35,469 bases of DNA from an uncultured Pirellulales bacterium (GTDB lineage Bacteria; Planctomycetota; Phycisphaerae; Sedimentisphaerales; Anaerobacaceae): NCBI GenBank assembly GCA_964467205.1, contig CAYXPG010000002.1:1-35469 (forward strand), in the 5' to 3' direction. The position numbers and the translations under genes were made by a program. Of this stretch, positions 1 through 9,100 are shown piece after piece; positions within the stretch are counted from its first letter, which is position 1; each line of letters starts with the position of its first letter. The notes below the pieces were generated by a model. That model worked only from the letters and a program-made list of their open reading frames with translations, did not search any database and was not told the origin of the DNA.

Positions 1-2
1 AT

Positions 3-432
3 TCGAATGTCTACAGCGGCGCTGCGATGGGTTCATTGTCGCCTGCTGTAGATTACTACTGGAAAGTGGATGCGGTCAGTGGGGTTAATGAGTGGCCGGG
101 CGATGTCTGGACTTTCCGCACTTCTAAGTCTGATTGACGCCAACGATGCGAGCGTGTACAAGGGGACTGTAAATGTACCTGACCCATGTGAGTGGACAAT
201 AGCTCTTGCAGCGGCCGAGACTTATTACTGGCGGATTGATGTTAATGCCCCCACGGTATATCAGGGCGATGTCTGGAGCTTTGCGACATCGACAGTGGTA
301 GCAGGCGCGAATTTCCTCGGCTGGTGGAAATTTGATGAGAAGTCGGGCAATGTTGTCTGGGATGCAACCGGTAGAGAACACCACGGCACAATCACACAGG
401 GCGAAGCCATTTCATTGATTATTGATTATTGA
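3..432 (+). pseudogene. Decayed 3' remnant of a large secreted repeat protein (YYW[KR][VI]D...GDVW[ST]F modules, then the first ~30 aa of a LamG-like module)
   Basis: Frame 3 is open from the window edge to a TGA at 135-137 (..SPAVDYYWKVDAVSGVNEWPGDVWTFRTSKSD*). The same module type continues in frame 1 (..ETYYWRIDVNAPTVYQGDVWSFATS, then LGWWKFDEKSGNVVWDATGREHHGTITQG, a typical LamG-domain start). The reading frame stops at 432 inside an ATTGATT tandem repeat. This implies one frameshift near 125-140 and a 3' truncation. Confidence 0.45.
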
Positions 433-438
433 TTATTG
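414..438. repeat. Heptamer tandem repeat (ATTGATT) x3.5
   Basis: attgatt attgatt attgatt attg, read directly. It contains the stop codon of the truncated ORF. Confidence 0.9.
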
Positions 439-439
439 T

Positions 440-455
440 CCCCGCTTTCGCGGGG
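440..455 (+). terminator. GC hairpin ccccgc-tttc-gcgggg, possible terminator
   Basis: Perfect 6-bp GC stem with a 4-nt loop directly after the truncated ORF. The downstream tract is AT-rich but not a clean T-run. Confidence 0.35.
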
Positions 456-508
456 ATGACAATATTATTTGGTTGTGGAGGAGGGTTGGACAGGGGTGAA
501 ATTTTGTG

Positions 509-536
509 TTGACAAAGGTTGGTTGGGGGGTAGATT
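509..536 (+). promoter_or_regulatory. Sigma-70-like promoter, TTGACA-N16-TAGATT
   Basis: Perfect -35 hexamer at 509-514 and TAGATT at 531-536, about 45 nt upstream of the 580 start. Confidence 0.5.
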
Positions 537-579
537 GGTATTCGATAAGATTATCATTTCAAAATGAAAGGGGACGAAA

Positions 580-981
580 ATGGGTGTTAAACGAATTACT
601 GTGCATTGTCTTGAAATAGAAGATAAGGCGGGGAGTCTTCAGAAGCTTTTGGCGGATGCGGCGTCGGCGAATGTTGACTTTGAGTGCTGTGCGGTTTTTT
701 CAGCGGGCGGCGGCCTCGGACAGGTGTATTTAAGCGCCAAGAATGAAGAGGCGTTAAAGGCCTTTGCTGCGGGGGCGGGGATTTCGACGACGGCAGCGGC
801 TGGCTTTATCATCGGCGGCGAGGATAAAGTCGGGGCAGTGGTGGAGGCACTGAAAGGGCTTGCCGATGCTGGTATCAGCGGCGTGGCCGGTGCGGCAATT
901 GTCTGCGACGGGCAGTACCGGATGCTGGTTGTTGTGGATGCCGCTGACGGTGATGCTGCTGAAAAGGCGCTGGGAGCATAG
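580..981 (+). CDS. Small protein with two ACT-like (ligand-binding) half-domains
   Basis: 133 aa. Internal duplication: ..IEDKAGSLQKLLADAASANV.. versus ..GEDKVGAVVEALKGLADAGI.. The RBS gaaagggga precedes the ATG. The ACT assignment is by pattern only. Confidence 0.7.
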   Translation: MGVKRITVHCLEIEDKAGSLQKLLADAASANVDFECCAVFSAGGGLGQVYLSAKNEEALKAFAAGAGISTTAAAGFIIGGEDKVGAVVEALKGLADAGISGVAGAAIVCDGQYRMLVVVDAADGDAAEKALGA

Positions 982-1025
982 CGTGTAGCGTGTAGCGTAT
1001 AGCGTGTAGCGTGTAGCGTATAGCA
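981..1025. repeat. Heptamer tandem repeat (GCGTGTA GCGTGTA GCGTATA) x2, i.e. six 7-mers or two 21-mers
   Basis: gcgtgta gcgtgta gcgtata gcgtgta gcgtgta gcgtata gca. It starts at the last base of the upstream stop codon. Confidence 0.95.
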
Positions 1026-1046
1026 GATTGTGTTTGGTTATAGTAG

Positions 1047-1469
1047 ATGATTGAAGTCAAAGACGGGATTGTTATTCGCCGAGAGGAGATTGTTTTTAAG
1101 TTTTCCCGAAGTAGCGGGCCGGGCGGACAAAATGTCAATAAAGTCAATACGCGCGTTACAGCATTTTTTGATTTGGCGAATGCTGCGGGCTTTACCGATG
1201 CGCAAAAGAGCCGAATACTCAAACGGCTTGCGACGCGGGCCGACAAGAACGGCGTAATAAGAGTTGTTTCACAGAGGTATCGAACGCAAAAGGCCAATCG
1301 AGAATGTGCAGTCGAACGATTGGTTGAGCTGCTCAGAGAGGCACTTAAGAGAAGGGCGGTGCGGAAAGAGACGCCGGTGCCGAGATGGGCCAAAGAGAAG
1401 CGGCTGGCGGAGAAGAAACAGCGAAGTCAGTTAAAACAGCAGAGGGCGGAAAAGGATTTTGAATTTTAG
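1047..1469 (+). CDS. arfB: Alternative ribosome-rescue factor ArfB (peptidyl-tRNA hydrolase, RF-1 domain)
   Basis: 140 aa with a GPGGQNVNKVNT GGQ motif and a basic C-terminal tail (KEKRLAEKKQRSQLKQQR), the typical ArfB/YaeJ architecture. Confidence 0.93.
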   Translation: MIEVKDGIVIRREEIVFKFSRSSGPGGQNVNKVNTRVTAFFDLANAAGFTDAQKSRILKRLATRADKNGVIRVVSQRYRTQKANRECAVERLVELLREALKRRAVRKETPVPRWAKEKRLAEKKQRSQLKQQRAEKDFEF

Positions 1470-1478
1470 TGTCAGGTA

Positions 1479-1507
1479 TTGACATGACGGTTTTTAGGGG
1501 ATAAAAG
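1479..1507 (+). promoter_or_regulatory. Sigma-70-like promoter, TTGACA-N17-TAAAAG
   Basis: Perfect -35 at 1479-1484 and an A/T-rich -10 at 1502-1507, upstream of the 1564 start. Confidence 0.4.
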
Positions 1508-1563
1508 GATTTTATGTAAGGTCGTTGGGATTGATTTTTGAAAAGTTTTTTGGGAGACTAAGG

Positions 1564-2028
1564 ATGGGAGTAATAGATTTTTTGGAAAGTTCCGGGGTGA
1601 GTTACGAGGTTACGGAGCACCCGCCTGCTTTTACGGCACAGCGTCTTGCGGCGGAGGAACATGAGCCGGGCAGGTATGTTGCCAAGCCGGTGATAGTTAA
1701 GGCGGACGGCAAATATGTGATGTGTGTGCTTCCGGCGAGTTGTAAGATTGATATGGGAGCTTTGAAAAAACAGCTTGGTGCCAAGAAAATTGAGCTTGCT
1801 GAGGAGAAGGAGATGGGTGAGATATTCGGTGACTGCGAGCTTGGCGCCGAGCCACCTTTCGGCAACCTGTATGATTTGGAGACAATTATTGATAAGGCGC
1901 TGGAGAAAGACGACCATATTGTGTTCCAGGGCGGCTCGCACAAACGGGCGGTACGAATGAGTATGGCTGATTATCGAGAACTGGTTTCGCCGAAGGTTCT
2001 GGAATTCAGCTACCATGCGACTACGTGA
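1564..2028 (+). CDS. YbaK/ProX-type aminoacyl-tRNA deacylase (editing-domain) protein
   Basis: The ATG at 1564 is preceded by gggagactaagg; the ORF-track TTG at 1525 is less likely. At ~154 aa, the size and sequence (..AKPVIVKADGKYVMCVLPASCKIDMGALKK.. PPFGNLY.. IVFQGGSH) match free-standing YbaK-like editing domains. Confidence 0.8.
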   Translation: MGVIDFLESSGVSYEVTEHPPAFTAQRLAAEEHEPGRYVAKPVIVKADGKYVMCVLPASCKIDMGALKKQLGAKKIELAEEKEMGEIFGDCELGAEPPFGNLYDLETIIDKALEKDDHIVFQGGSHKRAVRMSMADYRELVSPKVLEFSYHATT

Positions 2029-2083
2029 TTTTGGTTTGGGCCGTCTCTGCAGCAGGGCAATTGTAAAGCTAATATAACAACGA

Positions 2084-2527
2084 TTAGTAATTGGGGTTTC
2101 GGTGTGGGCAATCGTTCCTGCGAGGTCTTTTGTGGGCGGGGCAGTATATATCTTCTTGTTCTCTGTATTGACGCTGTCGGGTGGTGCTTTTCTCAGGTCG
2201 CCGGGTGCCAAGCGTCTTTTCAATTCTTTTGATTCCTGAAGAGAGGTCATTTAATCCGGCGTCGATGGAATCCAATTTTTCGAAAATGCCCTGGAGGTTT
2301 GTGTTGATAATATCCAAGTTTTCTTCTGTTTGAAGTATATATCTTTCCATTAAACGCTCATAAGGGTCGATGGTGCGGCCAGTTCCGATTCCGTATTGGG
2401 GCAGGATGATTTCGGGATGGATTTCATATTTTTTTTGGCCGGCCTGAATCGATACGGAAGACCAAATCAGCGCTGCAATTGTGAGCAGGGCGGCGACAAG
2501 GACCAATAATTTACTGTTCGTTCGCAT
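2084..2527 (-). CDS. Hypothetical membrane-anchored protein (N-terminal TM helix, coiled-coil-like middle, basic tail)
   Basis: A strong RBS (aaaaggagatgatataATG) precedes the start. Hydrophobic segment LLVLVAALLTIAALIW. No family recognised. Confidence 0.6.
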   Translation of the reverse strand: MRTNSKLLVLVAALLTIAALIWSSVSIQAGQKKYEIHPEIILPQYGIGTGRTIDPYERLMERYILQTEENLDIINTNLQGIFEKLDSIDAGLNDLSSGIKRIEKTLGTRRPEKSTTRQRQYREQEDIYCPAHKRPRRNDCPHRNPNY

Positions 2528-2676
2528 TATATCATCTCCTTTTCGGCTTTTTGTAATTTTGTACCAACTTTATTTTATCGGCATAAAAACCGTGTGAAAT
2601 ATCAAAGAATTGAAAAAAAAGTGCGTATGTGGTACAAAGCATTCGAGTTAAGTTGGTCTTTTTTTGAGGTGTTTCT

Positions 2677-5600
2677 ATGTCGGTTCGGTTTATTTTGGGC
2701 AGAAGCGGTACGGGCAAGACCAGCTATTGTGTAAAGGCGATTGTGGAATCGCTGCTGGCCGGTGGTGAGGAGCCGTTGATACTGCTGGTACCGGAACAGG
2801 CGACATATCAGGCCGAGCGTGCGATTTTGAGCGATAAGAGAATAGCCGGCTACAGCAGATGTCGAGTACTTTCGTTCGATAGGTTGGGGTTTTTCTTGAG
2901 GGGCAAAAATACGGCGATGCCGGCTCTTTCTCGCATCGGCGGACAAATGATAATCCAGAGGATTTTGCGAGAGCATGAGAGTGAATTGAGAGTACTTGGC
3001 GCAAGTGTTAGTCGGGTCGGTATGGGAAAGACGATGGCGGATACGGTTGCAGAACTGCATCGGTATGCAAAGACGCCGGAAGATATTGAAACGCTGCTTG
3101 TGGAATTGGAGAAGGATGAAGAGAACAAGGCGGCTGCACTGAAATTTGCCGATATTGGATTGGTCCTTCGAGAATATCTAAAGTTTATCGAGGGCAGGTT
3201 CATTGACCCTGATATGCAGCTTTTGCAAAGCAGCAAAGCAGTGGCGCAGGCGGATTTTGTTAAAGGTGCGAGGCTTTGGGTGGATGGCTTTGCGGGCTTT
3301 ACGACGGCTGAACTTATTGTGCTGGCTGAATTGGTCAAGACGGTCAAAGAGGCACAAATCGCCCTTTGTCTGGATGCGTCGAGGATAGATTTGGCAAATG
3401 TGGATTCAGGGGAAATCGACCCTGCTGATTTGTTTAATCCAACTGAGCGGACATACGCAGAACTTCTCGGGATAGTAAAGAAATGCAAAATCGAACCGGC
3501 GGAGCCGATAATTTTGAATGAGGCGCTCAGATTTTCTTCGTGCGGGGCGCTGGCTCATATTGAACGAAATATATTCGAGCCGGCAGCGGCGAAATGCAGG
3601 GCGGCCGACAATGTCCGGATTGCAGCGGCGGCGAACAGAAGGGCAGAGGTTCAATTTGTCGCAAGGGGGATAATAAATCTGGTTAAGGAGAAGGGTTTGC
3701 GGTATCGTGACATTGCGGTTATCGCCTCGACTCTTGGAGATTATCAACATTATATAAGGGGGAGTTTCGATGATTACGGGATACCATTTTTCATTGATGA
3801 GCGCAAGACGCTGAATCTTCATCCGCTTGTGCAGTTTGTTTGTTCGGCTCTTGCGGCGGTTACAGGTGGTTTTAGGAGGGAGGATATTTTCGCCTATCTC
3901 AAGACCGACCTTGTTGCGATAGAACGATGTGAAGTTGATTTGCTTGAAAATTACTGCGTTGCGTTTGGTATAAACGCCGCCGACTGGACGGACGAGAGGG
4001 AGTGGCATTTTGAATCGGAAGAAGAGGCACACTTTGATGAGCAGAGGATAAACGAGATTCGGCAGAAAGCGGCTGATGGATTGCTTGAATTGTACAGCAG
4101 ACTTTGTCCGGACGGTGAGAATGGCGAACCTCTAAGCGCGGTGAAGTTTACAAAGATTGTTTTTGATTTTCTTGATAAGTTAAATGCTGCTGAGCAAATC
4201 GGCGGCTGGATTGAAGAAGCAATCGGGGCCGAGGATTTTACGACGGCCGATGAGCATCGGCAGTTCTACGATAAGTTTGTCAGCATATTCGACGAACTTG
4301 TGGAGGTTTTTGGCCAGCAGCAAATAAAGTGTGAAGACCTGATTTCGATTATAACCTCTGCTTTTTCAGAGTTGACGCTGGCTTTTATACCTCCGAGGCT
4401 TGATGAGGTCCTTGTGGGCTCGATTGAGCGCAGCCGACATCCGGATTTGAAGGCTGTTTTCCTTATAGGCGCTACACAGAAGCATTTTCCTTCGCCGGTA
4501 GTCAGAAGCTCACTGTTGACCGATGACGACCGTTTTGCAGCCGAGGCGGCGGATTTTGAATTAGCCCCAACGGTAAGCCAAACTTTGGCTGAACGACAAT
4601 ATCTGGCGTATATCGCCTTTACCCGGCCATCAGAATTTTTGTATGTTACGTATCCCCTGACGGATGATAAGGGAAGGACGATAGCACGGTCGGGTTTTGT
4701 AAGTGAGCTCGAATCGCTTTTTGAAGACCTTGAGGAAGAATCTATCGCAGAAGAACAAATCGGGATTGAGCAAATCCACAACGAGGGCGAACTTGCGGAT
4801 TTACTGTGCAGCCGGCTCGGCAAAGATGTCAGCCTGTCCGAACAAAAGACGGACGGACGATTAGGCAGGTTGTTGGAGGACATGTGCTCGGATGAAGAGC
4901 TTGCGGAATTGGGGGCGAAGGTTATTTTGGCGATAAATTATGACAACAGTGCGAAACTTGATAAGAAGTTAGCGGCAGGGCTTTTCGGGCGCCGGATAAA
5001 AAGTTCAGCGACAAGATTAAGCACTTTTGCGGCCTGCCCCTACCAGTTTTTTGCCCGGTATATACTTGAATTGGAAGAGCGAAAGGAGTTTAAGTTTGAG
5101 CCGTTAGACGTGGGTATTTTTTACCACAGCGTTCTGGATGTGCTGCTGAAAAGACTTAGTGAAGAGGGAAGAGATTTTGCGACGATTGAGGGTGAACAGT
5201 TAATAAAGCTTTTGCGGGAAGAGATTTCAGGGATTGTCCGGACGGATTCGTTCATATCGAATTTTGTACGTCACAGTAAACATAATGCATTTATTATTCA
5301 TTCGGCAGGTGAGGTTCTTGAAGATTGTGTCCTTGCGATTGCAGCAATGGTGCGAGCGGGGAGTTTTCGGCCGATAGCATCGGAAGTTGTGTTTGGCGAC
5401 GTCGGCGATGGACCTGGTGAATATAAACTTAGGCTTTCAGACAACCGCCAACTGATTTTACGGGGTAAAATCGACCGGCTTGATGTTGCAGAGCTTGAGG
5501 GCGGAAAAATCGGGATTGTTTTCGATTATAAACGAAGAGATAAAACCTTTAGCTGGGCGAAGTTCTACTACGGGCTTGATATGCAGCTTCCGATTTATAT

Positions 5601-6111
5601 GCTGGCTGTTCGGGCAGCAGGCGAATCTCAATACAAAATACAGGATGTGGTGGGTGCGTTTTATATGCCGGTCGAGACAGGCCTGGAAAAAGTCGAGCTT
5701 AATAAATTGTCCGATGAAGCAGAGGGTTTTAATCGTAAAGCGAAAGGCATATTCAACGGCCAGTTTGCTCGATTGCTTGATGGGAATGCATCGAAGGACA
5801 GCAGGTTCTATAATTTTTACGTTACAAAAGACGGCGAGCCGTATGGTGTTTACGGTGGCAGAGGGGCGTTAAGGTCTGGAGATTTTGAAAAAGTGCTTCG
5901 ATTTGCCGAGGGCAGGATTGTCGAATTAGCCGGAGAGATTGTATCGGGCAAAATCGATATTGCGCCTTACCGGATAGGCACAGCAACGCCTTGTGGTTAC
6001 TGTAAATACCGAGCGGTCTGTAGATTCGACTGGCAGGTGAATGACTACAGGCCTTTAAGGTCGCTTATGAAAGAGGCGGTTCTCGAAGAGATGGGGGGGA
6101 TTGATGGCTGA
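2677..6111 (+). CDS. addB: ATP-dependent helicase/nuclease subunit B (AddB/RexB type, with an Fe-S nuclease domain)
   Basis: N-terminal Walker A GRSGTGKT. C-terminal PD-(D/E)XK pattern (IDRLDV...IVFDYKRR). Four Cys arranged as in AddB Fe-S clusters (AACPYQFF ... CGYCKYRAVC). Overlaps addA. Confidence 0.93.
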   Translation: MSVRFILGRSGTGKTSYCVKAIVESLLAGGEEPLILLVPEQATYQAERAILSDKRIAGYSRCRVLSFDRLGFFLRGKNTAMPALSRIGGQMIIQRILREHESELRVLGASVSRVGMGKTMADTVAELHRYAKTPEDIETLLVELEKDEENKAAALKFADIGLVLREYLKFIEGRFIDPDMQLLQSSKAVAQADFVKGARLWVDGFAGFTTAELIVLAELVKTVKEAQIALCLDASRIDLANVDSGEIDPADLFNPTERTYAELLGIVKKCKIEPAEPIILNEALRFSSCGALAHIERNIFEPAAAKCRAADNVRIAAAANRRAEVQFVARGIINLVKEKGLRYRDIAVIASTLGDYQHYIRGSFDDYGIPFFIDERKTLNLHPLVQFVCSALAAVTGGFRREDIFAYLKTDLVAIERCEVDLLENYCVAFGINAADWTDEREWHFESEEEAHFDEQRINEIRQKAADGLLELYSRLCPDGENGEPLSAVKFTKIVFDFLDKLNAAEQIGGWIEEAIGAEDFTTADEHRQFYDKFVSIFDELVEVFGQQQIKCEDLISIITSAFSELTLAFIPPRLDEVLVGSIERSRHPDLKAVFLIGATQKHFPSPVVRSSLLTDDDRFAAEAADFELAPTVSQTLAERQYLAYIAFTRPSEFLYVTYPLTDDKGRTIARSGFVSELESLFEDLEEESIAEEQIGIEQIHNEGELADLLCSRLGKDVSLSEQKTDGRLGRLLEDMCSDEELAELGAKVILAINYDNSAKLDKKLAAGLFGRRIKSSATRLSTFAACPYQFFARYILELEERKEFKFEPLDVGIFYHSVLDVLLKRLSEEGRDFATIEGEQLIKLLREEISGIVRTDSFISNFVRHSKHNAFIIHSAGEVLEDCVLAIAAMVRAGSFRPIASEVVFGDVGDGPGEYKLRLSDNRQLILRGKIDRLDVAELEGGKIGIVFDYKRRDKTFSWAKFYYGLDMQLPIYMLAVRAAGESQYKIQDVVGAFYMPVETGLEKVELNKLSDEAEGFNRKAKGIFNGQFARLLDGNASKDSRFYNFYVTKDGEPYGVYGGRGALRSGDFEKVLRFAEGRIVELAGEIVSGKIDIAPYRIGTATPCGYCKYRAVCRFDWQVNDYRPLRSLMKEAVLEEMGGIDG

Positions 6112-9100
6112 GAAGAAGATTAAATGGACAAAGCAGCAGCAGCGTGCAATTGAGCAGCGTGGCAGCGATGTTTTAGTGACGGCCTCGGCGGGTACGGGTA
6201 AGACGGCGGTGCTGTCGGGGCGGTGTGTCAATATTTTGTCGGATGAGTCTATATGTCCCGATGTTCTTAATATGCTGGTATTGACTTTTACCGAGGCCGC
6301 TGCCGAGCAGATGCACTCTCGGATTGCCGAGCAGCTTAAAGAGGCGTTTTTGGAAAGCGGTAACCGGCGGTTTCGGCATCAGCTTATACTGCTGCAGGGC
6401 GCCGATATCAGCACGATACATTCTTTCTGCAAACGGCTTATAACAGAATACTTTTACAAGATAGGTATTGACCCGACTTTTCGAGTAATCGATGACGATG
6501 AGCGCGGGCTGCTCAAAGCAGAGGTTCTGGAGAAGACGATTGAGTGGGCCTGGCGCCAAGGGAATCTGGCAGAAGGGATGGTGCAGCTTTTTGGCAGGAG
6601 AGACCTTCGCACGAGTGACGGCTTTGCTGCAAAGATAATATCCTTGAGTGACTTTCTGGACGGGGTGGTTTCGCGTCAGAGTTGGTATGAGAGGACATTG
6701 GTGCTTTCGGAAGCCCTCAATCCCTTCGCAGGTGAACTGGGCAAAAAGCAAAAACAAATCGTTGCAGAAGAGCTGCAGAGTGTTCTGGCGCAGATGCGGT
6801 GTGTTCAGGAGTTCTGCCAAAAAGAGAACGCCGACGAGAGCTGGGCACAATGGCTCGAGGAAAATGTTGTTGAGATTGTTTTGCGATGTACGGAGTATTT
6901 GAGGAGTGATGATTGGCAAAGTTGCGCCGATGAGATAAGGAACTTTCAAAGACCAAGATTTAATAAACCTAAAAGTCCGGATGGTCCTGTCGCAGGGATG
7001 ATTAGAGATACAGCCAAAAAAGCGGCAGTTGATTTTGAAAGATTAAAAGGCCTTGCGATTATTAATCCCGATTACCTTGACAGAATCAGTGGGGCGGTAA
7101 GCGGGCAGGTAAAAATGATGGTTGAGCTTGTTAAGAAGTTCGATAAGTTGTACAGCCGGGCCAAGCAGACGGTCAACTGTCTGGATTTTGCGGACCTTGA
7201 GCATTATGCGTTGAAACTTCTAACCAGAGAAGGTGACAAGGAAGATGAATTGCTGCCTTCAGAGACGGCTTTGGCATTGCGCCGAAAGTACAAATATATA
7301 TTCGTTGACGAGTATCAGGACATCAACCCTGTGCAGAAGGAGATTCTGGCGGCATTGAGCTGCGAGGATAATGTTTTTGTTGTGGGTGATGTCAAGCAGA
7401 GTATTTATGCATTCAGAGGTGCTGAGCCGAAGATTTTTACCGAAGAGCTCAAATCAGCTACTGTTGAGCCGAAGGGGTCGGCTGAGGGCCTGCGAGTTGA
7501 CCTTACGGCCAATTTTCGTTCGAACAAAAGTGTTCTGGATTTTGTCAACAAGTTGTTCGGGCGAATAATGACATCGTCTTTTGCAGATATTGACTATGAC
7601 GAATCGGCGAGGTTGAGGCCGGCAGCTACGGAGCGATTGAAGGAGGCATCGGGGAGTGAGAGAAGAACCGCTGTGGAGCTGCATATACTCGATGATGAAA
7701 TTAAGGACGCCGAGCAGAAGGACGAATCTGCCGAAGATGATAATTCGGGCTCCGATAAGGGTTCTGCGACAATTTTCGATGGTTCAGGTGTTGTTAGTTC
7801 GCGTCAGCGTCAGGCGGCTATGATAGCGGGGCGCATCAGGGAAATGGTCGGTGCAGACGGCGGCGGGGCGGAATTTGAGATATTTGACAAGCAGCAGGGC
7901 GAATCCAGAGAGGTTGAATACCGTGACATTGTGATATTGATGCGCTCGCCCGCCAAGAGGGTAGATGATTATGTTGAGGTTCTTAGACTGGCCGGTATTC
8001 CGATTGCCTGTGAGGCTTCGAGCGGCTATTTTGAGGCGACGGAAATCAGGGACCTTTTGAGTCTTTTGAAGGTTTTAGACAATCCCCAGCGTGACATTGA
8101 ACTGGCTGCGGTATTGCGAAGCCCGCTTTTTAATATCAGCGACAGCGAACTGGCGAAGATAAAGATTCACAGGGCAGAAAAGACTGTGGGTTCGGCAGAC
8201 TTAAAATCAAAAGAGAAAAAGCGCAAAAACTTCTATGACAGTGTGTGTGATTACTGTGTGAGCGGTTCGGATGTGAAATTAGGTGAACGGCTGAAAGATG
8301 TTTTAGCCCGGCTTGAGCAGTGGCGGACGGTCGGTCGGCGCGGCAATATTGCAGAGTTGATTTGGCAAATCTATCGGGAAACCGGTTATCTATTTTTTGT
8401 GCCGGCCCTTGCGAACGGGCAGGTGCGCAGGGCCAATCTTCTCAGACTGCACGAGCGGGCGATTCAATTTGAGGGTTTTGCCAGCAGCGTCGGTGTGCCG
8501 TCACTGACGCGGTTTGTCGAGTTTTTTGAAAAACTTTACGAAGCGGGACTGGACTGGAGCACCGCTGAGGAAGAAGCCGCCGCCGGTAACGCAGTTCGCA
8601 TTATGAGTATACATAAGAGCAAGGGACTTGAATTTCCGGTAGTCTTTTTGGCGGAGCTTAACAGTCGGTTCAGCAGGAAGGATTTGCAGGAGGATTGTAT
8701 TGCGGAGGCAGGCGGCGGGCTGGGGCTGAGAATTATCGAGGGCAAAACGAAAACGAAAGTTGATTCGGCGGCATATCAGATTATCGAAAAGATAAAACGG
8801 AAGACGGCACTTGCCGAGGAGATGCGGATTCTTTATGTTGCGACGACGCGGGCAAGAGAGCGGCTTGTTTTGACGGCTTCAGAGAAGGCAAAGCGATGTC
8901 GGGATGTTATCTGTGACGGGGTTATGTTCGGCTCCGGTACTGTTTTTGACTGGCAGCTTAGCCGATGCCGCAGCCCTCTGGAATGGGTCCTGTATGGATT
9001 GAGTGATAAGAAAGTGGTGCATGATGGTTTCGGGACCGGCCTGTCGCCGGAGGCAGGTGATGATAATTTGTTTGATTTTAAGCTTTACGTCAGCAGCGAA

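Noticed and set aside
981-1025. CRISPR array (also considered for 414-438 and 12923-12963)
   Set aside because: The units are 7 nt and directly abutting with no spacers. These are simple tandem repeats. No cas genes are present.
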